From assembly GCF_009914755.1 (NCBI RefSeq), contig NC_060944.1: a DNA stretch of 64,000 nt, one strand, 5' to 3'. Source of the DNA: the human T2T-CHM13v2.0 reference genome, Homo sapiens. The position numbers and the translations under genes are program-made. Below are positions 46,383 through 58,510 of the stretch, one piece after another; position 1 is the first letter of the stretch; each line of letters begins with the position of its first letter. The notes beneath the pieces are model-generated. The model was not told where the DNA came from. It was given only the letters and a program-made list of their open reading frames with translations, and did no database searches.

Positions 46383-48363
46383 TTATTTCCTCCTCCAAAA
46401 AAAGCATTTACACTTAGTAAACTTTACATTCCAGTTCTACTTAGAAATACTGCTGTGCTTAATCTAAGAATAGCATGTTTGAGTCTAATGAATATATATT
46501 ATGGGTGGTGATGGCTTCATCTCCATTAGCACAGTTTCTAGGACAAAATGTACAAGTTTTTTTCCCATCTTTATTTTTCTTAAAACATTAGATTGTTTCT
46601 GAAGGTTTCTCTTAATGTAGCTGTATCTTTGTATTGTCTTCATTCGATTTTAAATTTATTAGGGAGCCACTGTGGAAGCTTTCGTAAGTACCATGGAGAA
46701 TGTGTATCCTGCGATTATACCATACATAAAAAGACACCAGGCAAGCACAATATGGAATTAAGTCCTAATGGTAAAAAGGGGTATGTTTCCAGGGTAACCG
46801 CAGTGATTCCAGGGGATGTGAAGTAGAGGGGTCCGGATGAATATTTGCTGTATTTCTTTTGACTTCTGTTACATTTGCAAATTTTGTATATATAAGGGCA
46901 CTAAAATGAAATACTTCTGGGAACATTTTAACTGATTCTCACTAAACTAATTTTGTACATGAGCTGAAAAAGTGGCTCAAACATTGATTTTACTTTCAGT
47001 AGATTACTTTCTCACAAATGGTAACTCATTGAAATTCATATATGTAAATGTATCTTAAGTTTTCCCATAGAAATAAACCATACAAATGAAATGATTGCTA
47101 TTATTGTAAGAACTTCTTACTTTTATCTCTTCAGAAAATTGATTTTCTGATAGTGTATAGTCTGTAGTAATGACTCAGAACTTACTCTGGGCGTAGGGTG
47201 GGGAACTGTCTTCCTCTGTTTTCTGTGGAGTGTGTAGTAGTCAGCATCCTCCACATTGTTACTCGGTTTGACTGCTAGTAGTTTGGTTTTTAAGAAATAA
47301 AAAAGGAACTTAATTCCAATTGACTAAAGATACCACCTTTTAATTCACAATGGGAATCTGCCTGGAAGTGACAGCTGGTGAAGGGCTTCCTGCACCTTTC
47401 TGAGAGGTGGGTTTGGCACCCATGGGTATGGCTGCAGAAACTTTTCCAGCTGGCCATGGACTGATGTGGGAGTGGGCTGTGGCAGCTGCAGATGGCTGCC
47501 CTCCTTCAGGTAGTTTGTCCACATAAGGAAAACTTTCTTCAGTCTGGCCTTCTCAGCATGTCGAGATGGGAAGGAAGCCAGGGCTGAGGCTGCCAGTTAT
47601 GAGCTAGAATCATTGTGAGCAGCTAGATATTTTATTGATTCCGTGTTCTTTGTCATGGGGCTTTTAAAGCATGATTCTACTTTTTTCTTTCTCTCTCTTT
47701 CTTAAGTAAAAACCATATATATTTTTGGTTTCTAACCAGAGATAAGCTTTCAACTCTTCTTTTCTTTAAGTAATTTTGAAAAGCATTTTTCTAGTTTGTG
47801 TTTCTATTAAAATGTGAGCCTGAATACATTATGGTAAGCGTTGTCCTTGGTCTCGGGAGTCTAGAGGAGGTTACTGTCCTCACATGGTGAACTCATTAGA
47901 CAACTTCTGGAACCAGCAGTTTTAATTAGGTCACAGCAGACCCCGCTGAAGGTGAAGTGACTGCAAGCTGTGGTTCGCTGATATAGACAGGCCCAGATGT
48001 TTCTTTCATCCTATATCCGTCAGTTTATGTAGAAGAGCAGGAGCCATTTAATTGTTTCTTCTAGTTAGATGATGTTGCTAGTTCAGCTTTGCGTTACAAG
48101 AAAACTATCAGAAAAGATGGAGAAGTGGGTGGTCCCTTCATTAATGTGTTTTCTTGGTTTGTGTTGGAGAGATTGTGTGTGCTCTGCTTAATGTTAATGA
48201 AAGCAATTTATGCCTTCAGAAGGAAAATTTCAGGATTTCTGTTGTAGATACTATTCATTCAGTTTGTATTAATTCTATTTATGGAAAAGAACTAAACCTT
48301 TCCTTTTCCACAGCATTTAAAATATAAATGTAAAAACTGTGTGTAATGTATGTATCTTTACTT

Positions 48364-48396
48364 ACACACACATACACACACACACACACACACACA
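48364..48396. repeat. (CA)n microsatellite
   Basis: Direct reading. Confidence 0.9.
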
Positions 48397-48647
48397 GGAT
48401 TATGTGAGTTTAGTGACCAGGGGTTACTAAACCTATTTTGTTATCAAAGGAAAAATAATAAAAAATTTGCTGACCTTGTTAGTTACTTACCTTTTTACAT
48501 TTGTGGTGTGTGTTATTATGATACTAGTTTATTTGGTTTACAGTCTTTCTCAGATTTTTTTCAAGAACTTTTAATTATAAAATATTGGGTAGTTGAATAT
48601 TGGTTACTTTTAAAAATCTTCTTAACCCTTTCCTGTTTCTTTTTCAG

Positions 48648-48711
48648 ATATGAGGCCCCAGGATTCCTGGCGAGGTCCTCCTCCCCTTTTCCAGCAGCAA
48701 AGGTTTGACAG
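48648..48711 (+). CDS. XRN2: XRN2 coding exon (MRPQDSWRGPPPLFQQQRFD)
   Basis: cag|AT...AG|gtaat, 64 nt. Confidence 0.95.
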
Positions 48712-50009
48712 GTAATATTAAAGTAGACATGACTTTTAAATACTTTCTGACACCAACATTTGGGGTTTATGGGTTTTATGGAAGCTAAAACCTCTGTGGT
48801 TTGAAATGTACTTTTTCCCACCAAAAACAATTTCCCTTGTGCCTATCCTTTAAGAAAATATATAGCTAATACTTTGAATTAAAAGACTCATGTTTAATAT
48901 ACTTTCTTACTTTTCTTGGTTCTTGGCCTTTATTTTATTGATGCTTTTGAGATGCCCTGAAAAATGCAACACAGCTTAAAACTGTATTAGGTTTTGGTCA
49001 GGCTAAACAAATTTCTTTTTAGAAGGGTTGTGCAGCTTAATGAGGCATAACTAATGGTGTTCCACTTTTATCATTTCTGTGCGGGCAATGCAGCGTTAGT
49101 ACAGACCAACCATTGATTCTTGCTACAAACCTCTTGAAGTCCTAATCAGCTTCTTTGGTACAACTTTTTCAGGGCTGACAAGCCTATTGTAGGGCAGTGT
49201 CACTGTAGGTCAGTAGTTATTAGTTGCCACTGAAAACAGTTTCTTTAACTACTTAAGACTGAACTGAATTAAACGCAGAAGGGACTCAGAAGAGGATTAT
49301 GGGATCTGCAGTCTAATAAGTACCATGGACTAGGAAGAATGTGACATGGTTTAATAACAAGGGATGTTTAACATGTATTCCTTCATTGATAAGTTGTGTG
49401 CTCCTAAGTCCGATGGACTCTGTACGACAAGACAACTAGGCACATTATGAATAATTAACATCTGTAGAATAATTTTTAAAGGCCAGCTTTAAGATGTATC
49501 ATTTCATGATGGTTTTGCCAACATCAGTAAATGCAAAAACAAATTAAGCCCCATCATAATAAGGCTTTCTTTTTTGCCTTCCCAGTTTTAATCTGTTTTA
49601 TTCTCTTCTCCTCTGCCATGTTTACAGTCTCTAATCTGTTCACATCTGAAATGAATAGTGTTTTTATAAATGGGATTCTAAATGCAGCTTCCCTTTTAAG
49701 AAAACTTTATAACTCTTTAGAGACTCCAGAACTTTATTTCATTGTTATCTTCAAGAGGATAAAAGGAATCATGTTATTCGATGTTTACTAATAGTGTCAA
49801 CTTAGTGCAAGTCTCATTAAATGCAATACGACTAGCAATGTGTGTATTAATGTTTTGATTTTAGTATATGTTCTGAAAGCGCACAGTATGTGCTGTTTCA
49901 TTTTCCTCAGTACCACAAATTTTAAGCAGAAATTAAGTAAGTAAGGGGTAAATTTTTCCTAAATTATATACTTGGTTTCTCTATCTTATTGCTCACTTTC
50001 CATACTAAT

Positions 50010-50185
50010 AATAATGGCAAATGTTTGTCTGCTTACAAAGTGTTAACACTGTGTTAACATCCTTTAATAAGAATGATTTCATTTATTCCTCCTAGCAGTG
50101 CATTGAAATAGATGCTGTTATGTTTACATTTTTGCAAATGAAGAAAGTGAGGCACAGAGAAGTTCAGCAGCTTACCTAAGGTCAC
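50010..50185. mobile_element. MIR SINE
   Basis: cattttgcaaatgaagaaagtgaggcacagaga core. Confidence 0.7.
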
Positions 50186-51139
50186 TCTTTTGTGCCATTC
50201 TTTACCAAGAAACTTTTCACTGGAACAAAACTTACCAGAATATTTACTCTGAGCGTAATATAAAGACGTAGGGACTTCAAAGGAAGTAAAGGATCTGTTT
50301 CCACTTCTAAGGCCCCAACAGCTTTCCTCCCCTCTGTTCACATTAAAAGTTTTCCTAAGATCATCATCATTGTCCCTTCCCTTACCCTGCTGTCCATCAG
50401 GTTTTGTTCTTATTCTACCCTAGCCAAGTACTAGTATTATTCTGACTTTGTGAACCCAGCAGGTTAGTGACAAGTTTTGTGGGAATGTTTTTTGGTTTAG
50501 TTTTAGTCAGATACTTAAAATTATGCCTGAAAGCAAAAGGTAAATGTGAGCATAATAGAGTTCTATCATAAAAGTCTTACATCACAGACATTTAAGAAAG
50601 ATACCATTTTGTTCCAGAACCAGGTTTTACCAGTTCTTAGTTCAGTATGTTTCCACGACGCTACTGTTTGTTGAGAATCCTATTAAGAGAATTTTGAGTG
50701 TCTTTTTTTTATTACATTGCATTTCTTGAATAATTTCCTACTTTAAGATGGTATGTATAATCCATATATCCAGTAGATTTAAAAATACAACAGGAACATC
50801 CTCCCAACACAGACACAGCCTAGAGTTAATAGATACCCAGCATTGGAGTTCCCTTTGTCACTTGAGTTTTGCCACATTGTTTGGGTTCTTCTTGTCAATG
50901 GAGGCCTCTTTTTCAGTCATTTGCAAGGCAGCCATTTAGTTTTTTACCTATGAGTGTTAAGCTCAATCATGAAAAATCTTTTAAATAAAACTCCGATTTT
51001 ACCATATGCATACATTTAAAATATTCAAATTGGTAGTAGTTCACATCTCCAGTAACTTTCCAAAACAATTTGGAAACTTAAAAAAATTGTTGCTATCTAC
51101 GATGCCAAATGGCTCAAATAAGTTGCCTTATTTATTAAC

Positions 51140-51444
<305 letters not shown>

Positions 51445-53520
51445 TAATTGCTAATTTTTAGAATTTAGGATATGTCAGTTTCTGTGCTTCTATCCCAGAT
51501 TTTAAAACATAATTTCCTAGGCAAATTTTTAGTTTTGTAAGTATTTGCAAAATATATAATTAGTCTAGACATGTGATAAACTTGTTGAAAATAAAGGCCT
51601 TTCTGTCATAAAAGTCAGAAGAAGGTAGTACATGACATCCTTGCTTTGTTCTTCTGTTTAATTTTAATTATTGATGATTTTTTTCATAAAAATTATATTT
51701 GTCAAAAACATTATAAGTAATCAATTCAAACAAAAAGAACTTTGCGTTTTTAAACTGTGGCTTTGTTCTTAACCTGTTTTTGGAACATAAAATAGTTTTG
51801 AATTGCATTTATAATGTATATTATTTATGCCAGCAGATCTTCCTAAAACTCAATTGAATTTTATTATTGTAAGACTCAAAAGAAAAACTGATCACAGTTA
51901 AGATGTGAATTGTGTTTTTAGCCCGTGGGTTTTGCATTAATTGGCCCAGTTTTGATGAGACTTTGGTTACAGCACAAACCTTAGTTTAGCCCTTCACTCC
52001 TGCAGAGACTGGAAGAGACCATTCCTATCTCTGCACACGGAGCTCTTCTTGCTAAAACAGATGGAGGCATTCTTGCTAAAATATATTTGTGCTAGTAATT
52101 GTCCTGAAAAATAATTAAAAGCCCTAGCCATATGCATTTTCTTTCTGAGATAAAAACTTATTTTTAATTGTATTCTGAATTACTTATAACACATTGTTAT
52201 TAGAGCTCTGGTTTCAGCTACCAACTGTAAAGAAAAACTTTAGCCTTTCTAGAGTTCTTTAGAGAGCAGTTCATCTCTTCGAATCATCACACAAAAATAA
52301 TTATCTCTGGTGTTGTTTTAATAAAAAGAAGGCAAGCTCCAAGTGAAGGGAGGAGAGTGGGGGTAGAGAGGATGGATTCAGGCTTGAATAGCTGTGAGAA
52401 GAATGCTTTACCCAATGAGCCCAGCGCCGGGCTTTTTTCCCCTAAGACCTCGGAAGTGAAATTCTTATGCTGATATGGTTATAACTGATTACCAGCTAGT
52501 CAGCACTTCAGTGAATTTAAAGTTTTATTGAATTCCTCCTAACATGGTCAGTGGCCCCAAAGCTTCTGATGTTCAAGTATACTGGAGCATTTGCCTCTGT
52601 TTATTCTTTGTAGTGCCTTCCATAAAATAGAAGTTATGGAAAGTGCCTTAAGGAGAAAGTAAAGTCTTAAATGGTGATTGCCTTTAGAAGGTATATCCTT
52701 GCTACATTGTTTATGTGACAGTTTTTAATTAAGTTATGATTTAGTACATTATACCTGTTGCTTTGCATCTGCAAAGTTAAAATAGTCACTTGAAGACAAT
52801 TAAAACATTTCTTTCGACTAGTAATCTGCGACAGCAAACTGGGTTATAATAGCCGTTGAATCTGTGTTCCCATGTAAACTGTACACCAAATGCCAGTCAG
52901 CCCATGCCAATTAGTGCTCATGTTGCTAGGTCACCGTGGTCAATTGAAAGCTGCATCAATAGAACTTGAAAAGGTTTCCTCCCAATCAGACCTTCTGACA
53001 TATTGAACAGAATAATGGATGGGAAAAAACAGCCAAGTCTCCTACCCTGGATTCAAAATACTCAGCAGTAAGAATTCATTTGCAACCTGCAATTAAGTAG
53101 AAAGAATGGATCCAAGAACGAGTCTGGACATTTTTGAAAATAAAGCCTCATTCTCCTGTCTTGTACATGTTTACTCTTTGGATAGCATCTTAAATGTAGC
53201 CATCTTGGTGATCTTGGGTCTACATCTTTAAGTGACTAAAAAGGAAATTTCCCAATTGAAAATGAACAAAATAACTTTTAAAAGTCAGAACTTCTCAGTT
53301 GAGTTTAAACATCCATTGTAATAAATGCTGATGCTTCATGAAACATGTTAGATTATACTGGATATAAGGGACACAAAGGCCATTCTGATACTCTGTATCC
53401 CATATGATAAATCCAGGTAAATTGGATTGTACTAAAATTTGGAGATGATACCTGCCGATTTTAGGCTTTGTGCTGTATAATAGGTGTGGCTTCTGATGTA
53501 AAACTGGTACTTTCCTACAG

Positions 53521-53659
53521 AGGCGTTGGGGCTGAACCTCTGCTCCCATGGAACCGGATGCTGCAAACCCAGAATGCAGCCTTCCAGCCAAACCAGTACC
53601 AGATGCTAGCTGGGCCTGGTGGGTATCCACCCAGACGAGATGATCGTGGAGGGAGACAG
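53521..53659 (+). CDS. XRN2: XRN2 coding exon (GVGAEPLLPW...DDRGGRQ)
   Basis: cag|A...CAG|gtaaa, 139 nt. Confidence 0.96.
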
Positions 53660-55928
53660 GTAAATGGTTGTGGGATGAAAAGTATACTGCTCACTTTATA
53701 TTTCAACAAGCCTCACAGGACTCCGTATTTTCTTACCAACATTTCTGGAGAAGACACTGATAGAGTAGCTTAGAGTAGCTTGGCTGAACTTGGGTCTGTC
53801 ATTAAAAATGTATATGGGTTGAGTACCTGCTTCACTAAATAGGTTATATACCTTGAAGATGCCAAAGAATTTCTAACCCAAAAGCCCTTTAAATCATAGC
53901 AGTCAGTGATAATTAGTCCAAGTATAGTCAGTCACCAAAACACATTGTTTTTCCTTTAAGGATATTGTTCTTCAATAGAACCTAGATCCCTCTTAATGGG
54001 TGATGATTTTCTGGAAGCTGGAAAGTAAGTCTGCTTTTTCAGCTGTTGTCTTTTAGAAGTCATTTTACAATGTTGTCATTTTAGAAGTCTCCTGCCTTGA
54101 TTCATCTGATATCCCTCCTCATAAAAGAAATTTCTGCTTGATAATCTTCCACATATTTTTCTTCTCAATGTAAGCAGCTGTATCACTGAATGACTATCAT
54201 AATTCCTAGACAAATTTAGTATATGTAAGCTTCATGTCCTTCTCTTTACAGCATCCAGTTTTAGCAGCATTTAAGACTGAGGTCTATTTGACATAATTTC
54301 CTCCAGCAATTTGACACCCTGGCCAGTATTTACATGCTCTTAATGGAATCCTTACTAGAGAACAAGATTAGAATGCTATGATTCAGAGTAATGTGTATGG
54401 AGTTTGGCACCTGCAGTGATGTGAAGTGGTTTTTAAATTGCTTACCTGGTGTTGCCTCCAGGCCTTTTGCAGTGCTTCACATATTAATTAGTAAGACCTC
54501 TCTTCTCACAGCTAAGGAACATATTTTGTATGTTTTTTGATGTATTCTTACAAGTATCTCCACCTTACAAGAAGATAATCACCTTAATTGCAAATAATTT
54601 CTTCTGAGAGTATTTTGTTACAGTTTATTTGAATCAGTTTATCGAATTTTGCTTTGAATTCTTTCAGCCCAGGACCTCTAAAAATCGTGTCAGTGAACTA
54701 AGGCTCTTTATGTTACTATGGTTAGATGGCACTAGGCCGTTTCAGTGATGAGCATTTTTGAAGTGAGGACTATTTGTAACTGGAAGAAACCTTGGAGAAT
54801 GTGTAGTCTAGTCACCTCATTTTCCAAGTCAGGAACTGAAACCCTGAAAACCCCACACGGTTCAGCAGGAGAACTGGTAGCTGGCTGCCTAGACTGCTGA
54901 CCCCAGTTCATCCATTTTCCTCTCTCCTTTGGAGATCTTCCTTTTAAAGTAACTCTGTGCTGTTACAGGAGGTAAAATTCTTATTTACTTAGAAGATATA
55001 AACCAATTGGTAAATTTATTATTCTTTTAGGACTTTTTGAAAATAACATTTCTTCTTTCTCAGTCCCTTTGCCAGGGAGATACTTTTTATTAAATCACAA
55101 TTGTTGAAGCACTATTAAATTGCAGAAGTTTGTTGTTAAAAACATAGAATCATTACTTCATTGTATTTTTAGTAAAGTTTTATATGACCAAACAAGGCCT
55201 TAGCCTGCATTCTGGCCTTGAGTCTGCACATGTTCATGTTTAAAGTACTGAAGTGCTCTCTGGGTGGCAAAATGAGGTGGGAGGGGGTTCCATTTCAAAA
55301 CCCTAGAGGCCTAGGAAAGGACTTATAATGAAGAGGTGTCAGGTTTATCTTTTGTTATACAGAAATGTTATTTGCAAACATACTAGGATATGTTATAAAG
55401 GTCACGGCTAATGGATTGTGTAATAACCTTAATATGTCATTTAAAGCCCTACTATTTGTTGCTAAATAAAAAATCCCTAAAATCAATTGCTCATTTGGCC
55501 TTAACTGACTTAGCAAGCTCTTGCCTTGGTTAAAGCAAAGTTACTTTCCTTGTGTAATAAGTCTAAATTGATGTGGGTATCTTACCACAAAGTGACTTGA
55601 ATTACTACTGCTAGGACAGTGAGAAAATTGAGAACCACTGTCTGTACATGTTGTTTACACAGAACACTTTAGTTATTTGTGTGCATTTGTGATTGTTAAG
55701 GTTTTTTGTTTTATTTTTCAGTAATAGCATTTGTGCTAGCCTCCAACTTTGCAACAAGTCTGTATTAAAGCTCTGGATCAAAGCACCTTTTATGGGGCCT
55801 TTCCATGTGCTGTACCTTTAACACATACTCAGTTTCCTTATGATGTGTTTTTCCATAGAGGTTTAAAGTTAACTGACTTGCAGGAGTATCGGTCCAGAAA
55901 ATAAACTCTTTCTTTTGTTTATTTTCAG

Positions 55929-55994
55929 GGATATCCCAGAGAAGGAAGGAAATACCCTTTGCCACCACCCTCAGGAAGATACAATTGGAATTAA
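55929..55994 (+). CDS. XRN2: XRN2 last coding exon (GYPREGRKYPLPPPSGRYNWN*)
   Basis: cag|GGA...TAA; completes the in-frame 21-exon chain. Confidence 0.97.
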   Translation, partial: GYPREGRKYPLPPPSGRYNWN

Positions 55995-56081
55995 GCTTTT
56001 GTAAAGCTTTCCCAAATCCTTTCATCATTCTACAGTTTTATGCTATTTGTGGAAAGATTTCTTTCTCAAGTAGTAGTTTTT

Positions 56082-56087
56082 AATAAA
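56082..56087 (+). terminator. XRN2: Proximal polyadenylation signal AATAAA, XRN2 3'UTR
   Basis: AATAAA followed by a GT/T-rich tract (tttgtgtatttctttt). Confidence 0.55.
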
Positions 56088-56459
56088 ACTACAGTACTTT
56101 GTGTATTTCTTTTAACTGTGTATATTTCTACTGATCTGATCTCACTGTTTATGTTGCTTTCCAAAGATGTATGTTGCATAATACAGTGGATCTGAATTTA
56201 TTATTGCTTATAAAACACATTTGATGGAATAGGAGTACTGGTTTTTCATAATGGTTAAAAATGAAACCAGCTGTGGATTTCAAAACACAGTGTATTCTAG
56301 ATCATCTAAGATCCATGCTGATTTTTATTGCACAAGAATTAGGTTTGAACTCTTGAGCTGGAACCTCAGCAAACTAGAGTATATATTGTTCAGTATTTCT
56401 TTGGAAACATTTCATTAATGTACTTGTCTTACAGAAATTTCTGAACTTTAGTAAAAAAA

Positions 56460-56465
56460 AATAAA
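56460..56465 (+). terminator. XRN2: Distal polyadenylation signal AATAAA, XRN2
   Basis: AATAAA with downstream GU-rich element tgttttgtgttgttatttt at ~56484. Confidence 0.8.
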
Positions 56466-58069
56466 GTTAAACTTTTAAAACTCTGTTTTGTGTTGTTATT
56501 TTGCAGTATTTCAACTTTGAAAATCTTGACCAAGCGTGGTTTTTTAAAATTAACTTTTGCAGAAAACTATTTCTGTAATCAGATGTCCAAACCAAAGGAC
56601 AAAGAAGTCAATGAAGAAGTAGATTTTAAAAGATAGGGTCAGCAAGACATAACAAAAGCTTTAACTTTGTTGTATTATGTCAGTGACTGATCTGGCTAAC
56701 TCAGAAATCTTTGTGAGATAAATTACATTTTTACAAATTTAATGTAGACTTCTCCAGTTTTAAGGACTTGTTTTAAATCTTCAAGTTGACAATTTTAATT
56801 AATGGCCAAATAGTCTATGCTCCTTAGCATATTTTTGTATGTCATTAGATTGCAATTTGTACTCATGTTTTTCCTTGCTACTAAGTACACTATAAATTGC
56901 TTAAATGTGTGTTTGGAGTTCACATACAGCACTTACATATGCATTTTCATTTGATTGCCAAAACATATTTAGACACACATACAGAGACTATTGCTTTGTT
57001 TCAGTTTTTCCCTCCTAGCCCAAGATTGTGAGGTAAAGCTTCTCTTTGACCTCCTGACTTAGGATATTTTTGCTTTAATATTCAACTGAAGCACGCTTGT
57101 TAAACTTAGTCTGTGGGAAAAAAAAAAATCTCACCTCAACCTTGAATAGGAAGGTATTTTGTAGCTATTGAGTTCATTGCTAATGATGGGTGACCAGAGC
57201 AGGATCCTTTATTGTTGAGACAAAGAGTCTCTCCATCAGGAATTACCAACCCAACCCTTACATAATTGCCTTCGCTCAACATTCAAGTGATAATGCCTTC
57301 TATTAAATTTCTCTGTAAGTTTATCTCCCAAATATTAAAAATGTAGACAGCCATCTCAGTAAAGCATTGCATATTCTAAAGGAGCTTATAGATGTTTTAC
57401 TGTTTATAGTTCATAGTCAAAACCCACAATTCCACTCTTTATATTCTCAGACCTTTAGTTTTGGCTTAGTTTTAAGCTGGCCTGAGACTGACTCAGTTTT
57501 TGACTGAATGTTTAAAGCACTGTTTGGAAGACATCTGAGCAAAAGGCCTGATGGAGAAACTGATGACGGCAGATTTCCTCTGCAGAACTGGCAGGTGTTC
57601 CCTCGCTGAGCCGGCTTCAGGCCCTGCTCCGTGACCTCACCCTTGCTTCTTCCTCTCCATCCTTAGTCTTCATCTCTTTCCAACTTGGTTCCGCGTTTGA
57701 ATCTTCCAGGAAAATGCCCTGCCCATTTCAATCAGCAAAATGCTTTTCAGAGCTTTAATGTTTAAAGCTGTAAATATCTCCTCCAAATTCTGATGTAAAA
57801 ATAAATTCGTTGGGCCAATTTTAAGTAGTTACTTGTACGCAATTATATTCTCTTTAAACGGCACATTTTTTCAGGGTCTCCTGTTAAACAAAATCTTAGA
57901 ACCTGGAAACAGCCTGACTACTCTGGGGCTAAGGGCCCGTAATGAGCAGTTGTCTTCCCTTTAAAGATCAAATGGGGTAATGTATGTTAATGTACAAAGC
58001 CGTCTACAAACTGGTATTAGATTGCCATTTAGCGTTACAAAGGCAAATTGGGTGTAATGAGCGATAGGT

Positions 58070-58510
58070 TAATTTTCGTACGATGACGTGGGATGCCAGG
58101 AACGGGCCGGGTGAGGCCGGGGTCCCTGCACTCCTTTGCTGGGCGCGCCTGGACCGAACTGAAGGGCCCGGGCGCCGCGACCTCGCAGCCGGGGGCGGGA
58201 TGGTGGCGGCGCCCGGGCCCCGCGTGCTACTCAGAGCTCAGGTCCTAGGTGCTTGGCTCAACTTTCTCCCAGCGGGGTCGGGAAGCGCCAGGCCCTCGGT
58301 GCACGTGGGGCACGCGCCCGGCGCCTGGGTCTCCCCTGCGGCTCGCTAGTCGCCCGGCCCAGCCCGCAGACCCCGCGGCTGGCCCTCCCGGGAGCCCCGC
58401 GAGCCGGCCGCACGCACAGGATGGGCGCGGAAAGCCCCTTCCTCTACCCTCGGGCGCACCCTCCTTCCTCGTCCGCGGCGCCGCAGCTTCTCAACCTGCC
58501 GCTGCATCTC
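58070..58510. promoter_or_regulatory. Intergenic (orphan) CpG island
   Basis: Abrupt GC/CpG-rich block with GC box (ggggcggg) between two convergent 3' ends. Confidence 0.8.

Noticed and set aside
48060-48250. + strand ~60-codon open stretch after ttctag as an XRN2 alternative exon
   Set aside because: No convincing donor; more simply the shadow of a - strand fossil exon.
52880-52960. LF-SINE-like gcactaattggca match
   Set aside because: Match is too short; more likely a homeodomain site.
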